Assembly: GCA_965206595.1 (NCBI GenBank)
Contig: OZ242214.1
Coordinates: 4,704,001-4,768,000 of the forward strand
Source of the DNA: Candidatus Latescibacterota bacterium
GTDB taxonomy: Bacteria; Latescibacterota; UBA2968; UBA8231
Length of the DNA stretch: 64,000 nucleotides
Direction: 5' to 3'
The stretch's first letter is position 1, and each line of letters starts with the position of its first letter. Position numbers and translations under genes: made by a program. Below, piece after piece: positions 49,866-59,660 of the stretch. The notes under the pieces were generated by a model that was not told where the DNA came from, did no database searches, and saw nothing but the letters and a program-made list of their open reading frames with translations.

Positions 49866-50617
49866 GCCGGGGTCAGTGTCAACCCGTAACCCCTTTATTT
49901 ATATGCCTTTATGCTATGTTAGTATAGGAAATAGCAAGGGGTTTCCTTGCGTTGCCTTGCCCCGCCTCGCCACACCTAGCGCCGCCCTACCTAGCCAAGG
50001 GTTCCCCGGCTCGCCTAGCCGCGCCGCTCCCTACGGAGCCTTGCCACGCCCAAACCTTGCCTTGAATCCCCGAAGCTGTACCAGCCTCAAGGGGAAAGCA
50101 GAACATCCATCTAGGTACGAACGGCTGTACTATAGCCTGAACGGTACCCCTAGATCGCTAGGCCTTTTCTAAGTACCTGGTACTCAGTACCCGCGGTACT
50201 ACAACAACCCAACTACTAACAACTCTAGGCCTTGTCGTTTGTCTGATTTCTTAGGAAACGGGCGCAGTAGGCCCTAGAGGCTAGAGGCTATGAAAAAAAC
50301 AGCCTCCAGCCGTAGGGGCCTACTGCGTTGACCCTCGATTTCTTGAGGTATCCGGTATGCAGGACAGCCTTATATCTCAGGGTGACCACAACCCCTTGAG
50401 ACCCCAGCCCGTCAGCTGCCGTTAGGCTCCGGTGCGGATATGCTGGATCCTCTTGTACCGCTTTTCCCTGAATCGACGCCAACAGAGACGCAGACAGATA
50501 TCGTCGGCAGAAATAGAGAGGGGGAAAAACACGTAGGGCCTGGGGAGTCCGAAATCGAATGTACCTTCGGCGGAGGACTAGGGCAAGGACTAAATCGCTG
50601 TCTCACATAGGGTTACA

Positions 50618-51778
50618 CTATGATACTTCTAAGTTTGCCCCCATTGCTTTGGCAACCTCCGCCGCAACCTGTTCCCGAGCCTCTCGAACGGGATTCCCGA
50701 CAAAGCGGATGTAGCGGTCCGCCATCGCTGTTGTCTTATGACCTAGTAGGTCCCGCAGTACATGTACTCCGATTCCCGAAGCTGCGGCCATTGTCATAAT
50801 CGTCCGTCGCAAGTCGTGAATCTTCACCCCTTCGATGCCGGCAAGGGTGCATATATGCTGAAAGTGAAACCGGATGTTGCGATAGGTGGAAGGAACCCCG
50901 CGACGAGCGGAGAATACCCAATCACAACAGCGGGGGAGTTGGCGCAGTACGTCGAGTGCGGGAGCCGGTAAATCGTGTTGGCGCCTTCCGGTTTTCGTCG
51001 CCGGTAACACTAACCTTCCCGACTCGAAGTCGATATGTTCCCACTTCATCGCCAAAATCTCGCCAATCCGCAGCCCGGTAAGTGCGGTTACCCGGATTGC
51101 CGCGACGGCAACCGGGTTTCCCTCGTACTGATTCAGCGCCAAAGCCAGCGCCGCCAGTTCGGACGGCGATAACACGCGGTCGCGCGGTTCCTCCCGCCCT
51201 CGCTCGACACCTCGGGCGGGGTTGGTATGCTGCTCCCGCCATTCCCAATGCTCGAACAAGGAGAAAAGCCGCGAGACCAAGGCGATCAACCTGTTTCTCG
51301 TAACGGTCGGGGTACCGTCAATCGCTCTTTCGACGTGTCGGCGCTGGACCTCGGCAATCTTGCGCTTGCCCAGCTTCGGAGCCAGATAGCACCGCCATTG
51401 CTTGCGATACTCGGATGCGGTTTTCGGGGACATCCGCCCGAGTTTGATACGCTCGGGTACGAACTCATCGAAGAACCGGGACACTCCATCATTGACCGTC
51501 GGCGCTTCCCGTCGCTGCTGCCTTTCGTCCAACGGATCGGCTCCCTCGCGAACACGAACCAGTTGCTCGCCGGCCATCTGGCGGGCGGTCTTCAAGGAGA
51601 CTTCCCCGACTCGGGCCAAAGTCGCCCGGCGTTCGCGACCGCCAGAGCGATAATTGAGGATGAACGCCTTCGTACCACCGGGGGCGATTCTGAGCCCCAA
51701 ACCCTTCAGCTTCTCATCCCACAAAATGCGGGTTTTCGCCTCGGGTTGTGCGTCCCTGATTGCGGCTGCTGTCAGCAT
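50618..51778 (-). CDS. tyrosine integrase with Arm-DNA-binding N-terminal domain
   Basis: LWDEKLKGLGLRIAPGGTKAF; catalytic R (TGLRIGE), HDLRR, LLGH and Y all present. Confidence 0.95.
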   Translation of the reverse strand: MLTAAAIRDAQPEAKTRILWDEKLKGLGLRIAPGGTKAFILNYRSGGRERRATLARVGEVSLKTARQMAGEQLVRVREGADPLDERQQRREAPTVNDGVSRFFDEFVPERIKLGRMSPKTASEYRKQWRCYLAPKLGKRKIAEVQRRHVERAIDGTPTVTRNRLIALVSRLFSLFEHWEWREQHTNPARGVERGREEPRDRVLSPSELAALALALNQYEGNPVAVAAIRVTALTGLRIGEILAMKWEHIDFESGRLVLPATKTGRRQHDLPAPALDVLRQLPRCCDWVFSARRGVPSTYRNIRFHFQHICTLAGIEGVKIHDLRRTIMTMAAASGIGVHVLRDLLGHKTTAMADRYIRFVGNPVREAREQVAAEVAKAMGANLEVS

Positions 51779-51944
51779 GGCTTTTCCCTCCGTGTCAGCA
51801 ATTTGTCAGCAAAATGAACGGTACGGATGGGCGCGGGTCAATGCCAAAGCAATGAGATTTATTCCCCTAACCTGCTATTTATCATAGGCTTATACTATAA
51901 AAGCATGATAAAACGGGGGGTTTTGTGAATGCGGAAAAAAGTGC

Positions 51945-51989
51945 CTCTTAATCAGCGGGTCCGGGGTTCGAGTCCCTGTGGGCGCACCA
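51945..51989 (+). tRNA. 3' half of tRNA-Lys(CTT), an att-site remnant rather than a complete tRNA
   Basis: CTCTTAA anticodon loop, TCAGC, GGGTC, CGGGG-TTCGAGT-CCCTG, TGGGCGC-ACCA; D-arm and 5' acceptor strand absent. Confidence 0.88.
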
Positions 51990-51993
51990 AAAT

Positions 51994-52078
51994 CCAGCCG
52001 CTAACTTTGGCGGTTGGCGTTAACTTTGGCGGTTGGTTGGTTTAACGCGAGTCCCCGAGGAGCGGCTTCTCGGGGGCT
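51994..52078 (+). terminator. hairpins downstream of the tRNA 3' end, including a duplicated TAACTTTGGCGGTTGG
   Basis: CCAGCCGCTAA/TTGGCGGTTGG stem; CCCCGAGGAG/CTTCTCGGGG stem. Confidence 0.5.
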
Positions 52079-52639
52079 TGTTGTATTTGACGCTTTTTCA
52101 ATCACTTGCACCTCCCCCACACATCCTCCCCGATACTCCGTTTTGAAGCGAGCTTTCCGTCCCGGCGGCATCCATGACAAGTCCTCCCCAGCCTGTCTGC
52201 CTAAGTCGCGGCAGACCGCCGCCAAGGAGGAATGGATCCCCACAGAGCCAACGCCGACGAACGAGGCGAGCCTATGAGAACGGCCTCCAGCGGTAAACGA
52301 ATGACCGGGAGAAGCCTGGACAAGGTCGTCAGATGTGATCCCGAAACTTCTGCACTCGCTGCGTGCCGCGCTGATTGAGAAGCTCTACCCGCGATTGGAA
52401 CTACCTGGGGCAAGGTGGCAGCACCCCCCTCACCTCGGTGAACGGCTTCACTGATCTGGAGTATGTCGCCGCGTTTGGGCCGGGCCAATCGCAGGTGGCG
52501 GATTCGACCTTGGTGAACCTGGCCTTGATCCAGCTGCTTCGGCAGGTGGCCGAAGCGCCCGAGCGGAAGACGGGTTTACCGCTGTTTGATGACTGGAGTC
52601 CTCAAACAGAAGACGCCTGTGTGGCCACCTCGGGCGGAC

Positions 52640-53409
52640 GTGGCCACACAGGCGCGCCTGGCCGAGCGGGTGGGTGCAATCCGGATGGCGCCGATGAAGG
52701 TCTCGCTCAGATCGCAGCAGACCCAGCGGATACGAGCCTTCTGGAAGGCGCTCAGCCGGTCCCGGAAGAACGCGTCGATGGTCTCCCGTGCCTTGTCCTT
52801 GCCGACCCGGACGACACAGGAACGTTCCAGGTCATAGACCAGGGTGGCGTATTTGTGGCACCTGGCGTAGGAGGCCTCGTCGATGCCGAGGGGTCTTCAG
52901 CCCGCGGATGCGGTGCCCAGTACGCCGATGCGCGATGAGCCGATGCAACTGGCAGTACTTCAGCAGCAGATATTCGAAGCGGTAGCTGACCCGGGCCGAG
53001 GGAGCCGCCCAGGGCACCTTCTCGACGTGCCGGCCGTGGGTCGGACAGCGGATCTCTCGAGGGGTGTGGTGCAACCAGAGGGTACGGCCGCAAACGCGGA
53101 CATCGCGCCAGCGGCGGGGCTCCATGACCCGTACGATCTTGCTCCGGCGCCCACACTGAGGACACCGGCACCCGTTCTTGTGGGGCTTCACCGAGACCAC
53201 GACGGCCGCTTCCTGCCCGCATCCTTCGAACCACACGTCGACAGCGCGAAATCCCTTGAATTGGAACAGCTTGGAGAGGAACTTCATAGCGGTCATAGGT
53301 CGCCTTCCCTTTCCTGGGGAGTGCTTGATGGGGATACACCAAGCACAGGGAACGACCTATGGCCTTGTCATGTACTCAGGTTTCGCCGTTGAAAAACCCG
53401 GATAGAACC
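52640..53409 (-). mobile_element. degenerate ISL3-family element
   Basis: End GGTTCTATCC at 53409; CRCPQCG, RRWRD, IRCPTHG, GIDEASY...KYATLVYDL; frameshifted and truncated. Confidence 0.85.
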
Positions 53410-53548
53410 AGAAAAAACACCGTGCCGTAAAGTCGCTGACCGGCGACAGGAATTGTTTTTCAACGGACGAGGAGCATCGAGAGCAGTAGACCCCGACAGG
53501 TCCGGTCCGGGCATCTGCTCCTTGCCTTGAAGGAGATCTGAAAACAGG

Positions 53549-54737
53549 ATGTACGGAATTCCATCGATACTGGTTCCGCTACTTGCCCTGACCCTCGCAC
53601 GTTGTAGCGGAGAGGATCCGGCTGCGCCCAGCCAGTCGGAAACCGTCAGGATCGGTTTTCTCGCCGCGGGGGACCGCGTGACCTATGCGGACGCCGCAGG
53701 GATAGCCGTGGCCGAGGCAAACGAGCGCGCGGGCGTGCTCGGCATGCCGGTCGAGCTGCTTTCCCGCATCGAAATAGAGGAAGCCTCCGTCTCGGTCGAG
53801 ACCGCCGAAAGGATGATTCTCGAGGACGACGTCGTCGCTCTCGTCGGGCCCAACCGCTCTTCCCATGCCATTGCATGCAGTCGGAGAACTCGCGCAACGG
53901 CACCGCCTGCCGATGGTGACCACATCGGCGACCAACCCGGAGGTGACAAAGGCGGGGGATTTGGTCTTCATGGCGGCTTTCACCGACATGTTCCAGGGGC
54001 AAGTGATGGCGCAGTTCGCCAGGGAAGAGCTCGGCCTGGCCAGGGTTGCGATCCTGACGCAAAGCGGCGAGGTCTATACCGAGGGGATTTCCGAATTCTT
54101 CCGGTCTGTTTTCATGGCCTCAGGCGGCGAGGTAGTCGCCGACGAGTTCTACGACAGCGGAGAGACGGATTTTTCCGGGCAGCTGGGACGCATTGCCGAG
54201 GCGCAGCCAGAGGCGCTCTTCATATCCGGGCTTGCGCAGGAAATCGCCCTGGCGACGCAGCAGGCGAGAGCTAGGTCTTTACAAGACGCAGCAGGCGAAC
54301 CGGCGCTTTTCCTCGGAGCCGATTCGTGGGACAACCCGAATCTGCTGGGCAACGAGGCCGCCGAGCTCGAAGGCAGCTTCTACACTACCCACTTTTCGCC
54401 CGATACCGATGAACCGGGTGCGCGCCGGTTCGTCGACACATATCAATCGCTGTACGGGAGCACTCCCAGCGGCGACGCGGTGAGCTACGATGCGGTCCGG
54501 CTGCTTCTCGAAGCCATCGAGCGGGCAGGGAGCCTGGAGCCGGAGGCAGTCCGGGGTCAACTTGCGGCGACCGAGAACTATGTCGGCGCCACCCGTATCG
54601 CCCGTTACGACGAAAACAGGCACCCGGTCAAAAGCGCGGTCATCATGATCATCAAGGACGGGATCGGAAGATTCCACACGCAGATCGACCCTGGCCAGCG
54701 AGCACAGGCCGGAGTGCCGGCGGTTCTGCCGCACTGA
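53549..54737 (+). pseudogene. branched-chain amino acid ABC substrate-binding (LivJ-like) lipoprotein, frameshifted
   Basis: ALVGPNRSSHA continues in another frame as VGELAQ..PMVTTSATNP; frameshift near 53875; no permease genes adjacent. Confidence 0.8.
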
Positions 54738-54779
54738 AAAGCCCAGTCGATCGATTGAGAATCTGTTTTCAGCAGATTC

Positions 54780-55020
54780 AGAAAGCGTAGTCACTCCGGG
54801 TGCGCCCGGCACCGGATGGCGCTCAGGGCGAGGGCCGACCGAGAGGCGGCGGTTCATGTCGCGGTAATCCTCCCAGGTCATCTCCTCCGGTATCGGCACC
54901 AGCGGCGGCTCGGTCAGAACGTCCTGCGCGTTGGCGGGCTGGACAGGTGAAAAGACAAAGGCAAGCACTGCCATACAGCAGGACAACTTTCTCACGGTTT
55001 CAAGCCTTCCTGTTGATACA
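54780..55020 (-). pseudogene. N-terminal fragment of a secreted or membrane protein
   Basis: Signal-like AVLAFVFSPVQPANAQ, then EEMTWEDYRDMNRRLSVG; frame degenerates afterwards. Confidence 0.35.
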
Positions 55021-55237
55021 TGATCTTTCCATCCCGCCGAAAGGGACGGCGGAATATCCGGCATGTCCTGTTCTGTGATTGTGGGCTTCAGGCCTGGCCG
55101 TCGCCTTCGACCGATTTTCCGGCAGGCGTGTTTCGATGCAATCGCACCTCTGCATTGCGAGCCGCGGAACCTTGTTGACGCCCTGTCGGGTGCGGTTTAC
55201 CCTGAACGGCTTCCCGTCACCGAAGGAAAAAGCATCC

Positions 55238-56497
55238 ATGCAGGAGAATCTCTCGCGGCACTCCCGTCCCTCGGCTCTGGCCATAACCGACCTGCGGGTC
55301 GCCAATCTGCGCGGCGCTCCGTTCCACAGCTGCCTGATTCGCATCGACACCAACCAGGGGCTGAGCGGCTACGGCGAGGTGCGCGACGGCGCCAGCGCGA
55401 CCTACGCCCTGATGCTCAAGACACGCCTGCTGGGTCAGAATCCCTGCGACGTCGACCGGCTGTTCCGGCGCATCAGGCAATTCGGCCATCACGGCAGGCA
55501 GGGGGGCGGGATCAGCGCCGTCGAGATGGCGCTGATCGATCTCGCCGGCAAGGCCTACGGAGTGCCTGCGTACGCACTGGCGGGGGGCAGGTTCCGCGAC
55601 CGCGTGCTCTGCTACTGCGACACCGCGACCACTGCCTGCGGCCGCGAGATGGGGCAGCGGCTGAAGGAGCGTATGGATATGGGGTTCGGATTCCTGAAGA
55701 TGGATGTCGGGATCGGTCTGCTCCGGGACCGCTCTGGCTGCGTCATCTCACCCCCGGGAATGCTCGACAGCCCCACGGTGATGCACCCTTTCACCGGCAT
55801 CCAGCTCAGCGACAAGGGAATCGGCCTGCTCTGCGAGTACGTCGCCGCGGTGCGCGAGGAGATCGGCTACGAGGTTCCCCTCGCCGCCGACCACTTCGGC
55901 CACCTCGGGCTGGAGTCCTGCATCCGGCTCGGGAAGGCCCTCGACCCGTTCTCCCTGGCCTGGTACGAGGACATGATCCCCTGGCAGTTCACCGACCAGT
56001 ACGTGCGTCTGTCCGAGGCGGTCGAGACGCCGGTCTGCACCGGCGAGGACATCTACCTGAAGGAGGGGTTCGCCGACCTGTTCCGGGAGCGGGCGATCGC
56101 CGTTGCCCATCCCGACCCGGCTACCTCCGGGGGCATCCTGGAGACCAAGAAGATCGGCGACGCCGCCCAGGACCGCGGCATCGCCATGGCCCTGCACATG
56201 GCGATGTCTCCGGTCGCCGCCCTGGCCGCGGTCCATTGCGCCGCGGCCACGGAGAACTTCCTCGCCCTCGAGAACCACTCGGTCGACGACCTCGAGCGCT
56301 GGAGCAGCCTCGTCGAGGGGCTGCCGAACCCCCTGATCCAGGACGGGCACATCGCCGTGCCGGAAGGGCCGGGTCTGGGGTTCGCCGACCTGAACCGGGA
56401 GGTGCTGCGGGAATTCGCCGACCCCGGGGCCCCCGGGATCTTCGAGCCCACGGAGGAGTGGGACCACGAACGGGCGAACGACCGCCTGTGGAGCTGA
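55238..56497 (+). CDS. mandelate racemase/muconate lactonizing (enolase superfamily) protein, probable acid-sugar dehydratase
   Basis: IRIDTNQG..GYGE, SAVEMAL.DL.GK, KMD, ADH, WYED, TGED, PEGPGLG. Confidence 0.9.
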   Translation: MQENLSRHSRPSALAITDLRVANLRGAPFHSCLIRIDTNQGLSGYGEVRDGASATYALMLKTRLLGQNPCDVDRLFRRIRQFGHHGRQGGGISAVEMALIDLAGKAYGVPAYALAGGRFRDRVLCYCDTATTACGREMGQRLKERMDMGFGFLKMDVGIGLLRDRSGCVISPPGMLDSPTVMHPFTGIQLSDKGIGLLCEYVAAVREEIGYEVPLAADHFGHLGLESCIRLGKALDPFSLAWYEDMIPWQFTDQYVRLSEAVETPVCTGEDIYLKEGFADLFRERAIAVAHPDPATSGGILETKKIGDAAQDRGIAMALHMAMSPVAALAAVHCAAATENFLALENHSVDDLERWSSLVEGLPNPLIQDGHIAVPEGPGLGFADLNREVLREFADPGAPGIFEPTEEWDHERANDRLWS

Positions 56498-57594
56498 TGG
56501 GCAGCTCCTACGAAATCGCCGTTCTCCCAAGGGACGGCGTCGGCCCCGAGGTGGTCGGCGCCACACTGGGACTGCTTGAGGGGCTTGGCCTCGATCTCGA
56601 GCTGCGCGACTACCCCTGCGGTGCGGGCTGCTACCTCGAACGCGGGACCCCGCTTCCCGACGAGACCCTGGAGGCCTGCCGCAGCGCCGACGCCACCCTG
56701 CTCGGCGCCATGGGCGACCCCCGGGTGCGCTGGCCGGACGGGACCGAGCTGCGGCCTCAGGTCGACCTGCGCTTCAAGCTCGACCTCTACGCCGGGGTGC
56801 GGCCGATCTATCTGTACGCCGGGCATCACACGCCGCTGCGCGGCATCGCTGCCGGGGAGGTCGATTTTGTCCTCCTGCGGGAGAACGTCGAGGGACTGTT
56901 CGCCTCGATGGACGCCGGGATCGACCTGCGCGGCGAGACCGCCATCGACACCATGGTGATCACCCGCACCGGCACGGAACGGGTGGCGCGCTTCGCCTTC
57001 GAGTTGGCCCGGGAACGCCTGCGCCAGCGAGGCGACGGCGGTTCGCTTCCGCCGCGGGAGGCCTGCGTGACCTGCGTCGACAAGGCGAACATCCTGAGAT
57101 CGATGGCCTTTTTCCGCCGCGTCTTCGACGAGGTGGCCGCCGGCTACCCCGACGTCGGCAGCGGCCACGCCTACGTCGACGCCATGGCGCTGTACCTGGT
57201 GCAACGGCCCCGGGATTTCGACGTGCTGGTGATGGAGAACATGTACGGAGACATTCTCTCCGATCTGGCCGCAGGGCTCGTCGGAGGCATGGGCATGGCC
57301 CCGTCGGGCGACATCGGCGAGGAAGCTGCGGTTTTCCAGCCCTCCCACGGGACCGCGCCCGACATAGCCGGACAGGGGGTGGCCAACCCGGTGGCGACGA
57401 TCCTGTCGGCGGCCATGATGCTGCGCTGGCTCGGGCACCGGCACGAGGACGAGCAGGCGCTTGCCGCTGCGGAGCGCGTCGGCCGCGCCGTGGAGGAGGT
57501 GCTGGCCGACCCGAAGGCGGGAACACCCGACCTCGGGGACGGGATGACGACAGGCGAGCTGGCACGCGAGATCGGCGCCGCGACAGCTCGCTGA
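56497..57594 (+). CDS. isocitrate/isopropylmalate/tartrate dehydrogenase family protein
   Basis: [41 protein letters not shown]. Confidence 0.92.
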   Translation: MGSSYEIAVLPRDGVGPEVVGATLGLLEGLGLDLELRDYPCGAGCYLERGTPLPDETLEACRSADATLLGAMGDPRVRWPDGTELRPQVDLRFKLDLYAGVRPIYLYAGHHTPLRGIAAGEVDFVLLRENVEGLFASMDAGIDLRGETAIDTMVITRTGTERVARFAFELARERLRQRGDGGSLPPREACVTCVDKANILRSMAFFRRVFDEVAAGYPDVGSGHAYVDAMALYLVQRPRDFDVLVMENMYGDILSDLAAGLVGGMGMAPSGDIGEEAAVFQPSHGTAPDIAGQGVANPVATILSAAMMLRWLGHRHEDEQALAAAERVGRAVEEVLADPKAGTPDLGDGMTTGELAREIGAATAR

Positions 57595-57608
57595 CAACCA
57601 GACCAGGA

Positions 57609-58475
57609 ATGGGCGAACGCATGGTTGCGGAGATACGGGACAGCGACGTCGAGTTCTACCGGGAGAACGGGTACCTGGTCGTTCCCGGTCTCGCCGCCGG
57701 CGAGGTCGAGGCGCTCAGGGCGGACGCCCTCCGCCTCTGCCGGGGGGAGTACGTGCACGAGAACCTGCCGCCGGTCGGCAACGGCTGCAGCGATAACGAG
57801 GCCCTGGGGCGCTACCTGTGCATCCACCACCCTCACAAGATCAGCCCGGTTGCGCTCGAGGCCGGCGTCAAGCATCCCGGCATGGCGAAGGTGCTGGCGC
57901 GTCTGATCGGACCGGACGTCAAGTGCATGCAGTCGATGCTGTTCATCAAACCTCCCGGATTCCAGGGGCAGGCCTGGCACCAGGACGAGATCTTCATTCC
58001 GACGCGCGACCACAGCCTGACCGGGGGCTGGATCGCCCTCGACGAGGCCACCGTCGACAACGGCTGCATCTGGGTGCTGCCAGGCTCTCACAGGGGCGTG
58101 CTCTACGAGCAGCGGGCCCACGACGACGACGAGGAGTTCGACCGCTCCGGTGAATCGCACGGCTTCGACGAAAGCGGCGAAACTCCTGTCGAGGCGAAAG
58201 CCGGGGACGTCGTCTTCTTCGACGGCTACCTCCTGCATCGGTCGCGGCGCAACCGCAGCAGCTTCTACCGCCGGGTGCTCGTCAACCACTACATGAGCGC
58301 CAATTCCCTGCTTCCCTGGCAGCCGCGCGAGGGGGAACGCCCGGCGAACGCTGACTACCGCGACATCGTCATGGTGCACGGCCGCGACCCCTATGCCTGG
58401 AAGGGGACGGAGGATCGCGCCCGCGTAAGCATCCGCACCTGCAAGGCAGCCGAAGAGCTGCGCGCCCGGGGCTAG
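57609..58475 (+). CDS. phytanoyl-CoA dioxygenase (PhyH) family 2OG-Fe(II) oxygenase
   Basis: [31 protein letters not shown]. Confidence 0.92.
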   Translation: MGERMVAEIRDSDVEFYRENGYLVVPGLAAGEVEALRADALRLCRGEYVHENLPPVGNGCSDNEALGRYLCIHHPHKISPVALEAGVKHPGMAKVLARLIGPDVKCMQSMLFIKPPGFQGQAWHQDEIFIPTRDHSLTGGWIALDEATVDNGCIWVLPGSHRGVLYEQRAHDDDEEFDRSGESHGFDESGETPVEAKAGDVVFFDGYLLHRSRRNRSSFYRRVLVNHYMSANSLLPWQPREGERPANADYRDIVMVHGRDPYAWKGTEDRARVSIRTCKAAEELRARG

Positions 58476-58484
58476 CGTCCTGCG

Positions 58485-59660
58485 ATGGATCGGCGCAGGT
58501 TTCTGGCCCGGGCCGGGGCGGCGTTGGCGACCCTGCCGCTGGCCGCCGCGGCCTCGGCTCCGGTCGGGAAAACTCCACTGCCCCCGGGGCGTGCCCGCCT
58601 GCGCGACCTCGGCATCGCCATCGGCTGTCTGTCGCCCGGGCCCCACAACGCCATAACCGACGTCGCCGGCGTCGCCGTCGGCCACACGACCCTGATCTCG
58701 GGGGAGGGCCCCCTGGTGGTTGGCCGCGGTCCGGTGCGCACCGGGGTCACCGCGGTGCTCGCCCGCGAAGGGGACTTGGGGCGCACCCCCGTGCCCGCGG
58801 CCGATCTGACCCTCAACGGCAACGGCGAGCTGACCGGTGTCGGCGCCGTGCGCCGCAGCGGCCGCCTGGGGGCGCCGATTCTGTTCACCGACACCGGCAG
58901 CATCGGTCCGGTGTACGAAGGCTGTCTCGACTACATGCTGCAACGCGACCCCGGGCTGTTCGGTTATCCGGGGCGGCCGGAGCCGGTTGTAGGCGAGACC
59001 TGGGCGGACTTCCTGCACGACACTGCCGGCAGGCACGTTGTTCCCGGGCACGCAATCGCCGCCATACAGTCGGCGCGCCCCGGCCCAGTTGCGGAAGGGT
59101 GCGTGGGCGGCGGCACCGGCATGAGGGCGTACTCGTTCAAGGCAGGGATCGGCACCGCCTCGCGGCTGGTGCCGGTCGCAGAGTCCGGCTACATCGTCGG
59201 GGTGCTCCTGCAGGCGAACCACGGCCGCCGGCCGCAGCTGCGGGTCGACGGGGTTCCGGTCGGCCGCGAGATCCCCGACCTGTTGCCGGAGCGCGGCCGC
59301 CCCGTGGCCCCCGGGAATTCGCTGCTGATCGCCGTCGCCACCGACGCCCCGCTTCTGCCCCTGCAGCTGCGGAGGCTGTGCAAGCGGGCGGCCCTCGGCA
59401 TGGCGCGAACCGGCGGTATCTCCACCCACGGAAGCGGCGATCTCATCATCGCTTTCTCCACCGCGGCGGAGAGCGGCCGGGTGCTGCATTTCTCCCGCCT
59501 GTCGGCGCTCTACCAGGGGGTCGTCGAGGCGACGGAGGAAGCGATCCTCAACTCGCTGACCGCGGCGACGACCACGGTGGGCGGCGACGGCAACACGATC
59601 CACGCCCTGCCGCTCGACCGGTTCGCCGCGGTCATGCGCGAGCACGGCCGCCTCAAATGA
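58485..59660 (+). CDS. DmpA/P1-family (S58) aminopeptidase with Tat signal
   Basis: MDRRRFL twin-arginine signal; [35 protein letters not shown] cleavage site. Confidence 0.9.
   Translation: MDRRRFLARAGAALATLPLAAAASAPVGKTPLPPGRARLRDLGIAIGCLSPGPHNAITDVAGVAVGHTTLISGEGPLVVGRGPVRTGVTAVLAREGDLGRTPVPAADLTLNGNGELTGVGAVRRSGRLGAPILFTDTGSIGPVYEGCLDYMLQRDPGLFGYPGRPEPVVGETWADFLHDTAGRHVVPGHAIAAIQSARPGPVAEGCVGGGTGMRAYSFKAGIGTASRLVPVAESGYIVGVLLQANHGRRPQLRVDGVPVGREIPDLLPERGRPVAPGNSLLIAVATDAPLLPLQLRRLCKRAALGMARTGGISTHGSGDLIIAFSTAAESGRVLHFSRLSALYQGVVEATEEAILNSLTAATTTVGGDGNTIHALPLDRFAAVMREHGRLK

Noticed and set aside
49846-49930. Chromosomal oriC
   Set aside because: There are only two boxes, they lie inside an integrated element, and there is no dnaA/dnaN/gidA context.
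50288-50606. Excisionase or regulator ORFs downstream of the integrase
   Set aside because: The short ORFs show no HTH/AlpA pattern or good start signals.
51915-51989. Complete tRNA-Lys gene
   Set aside because: There is no 5' acceptor strand, D-arm or 5' anticodon stem; only the 3' half is present.
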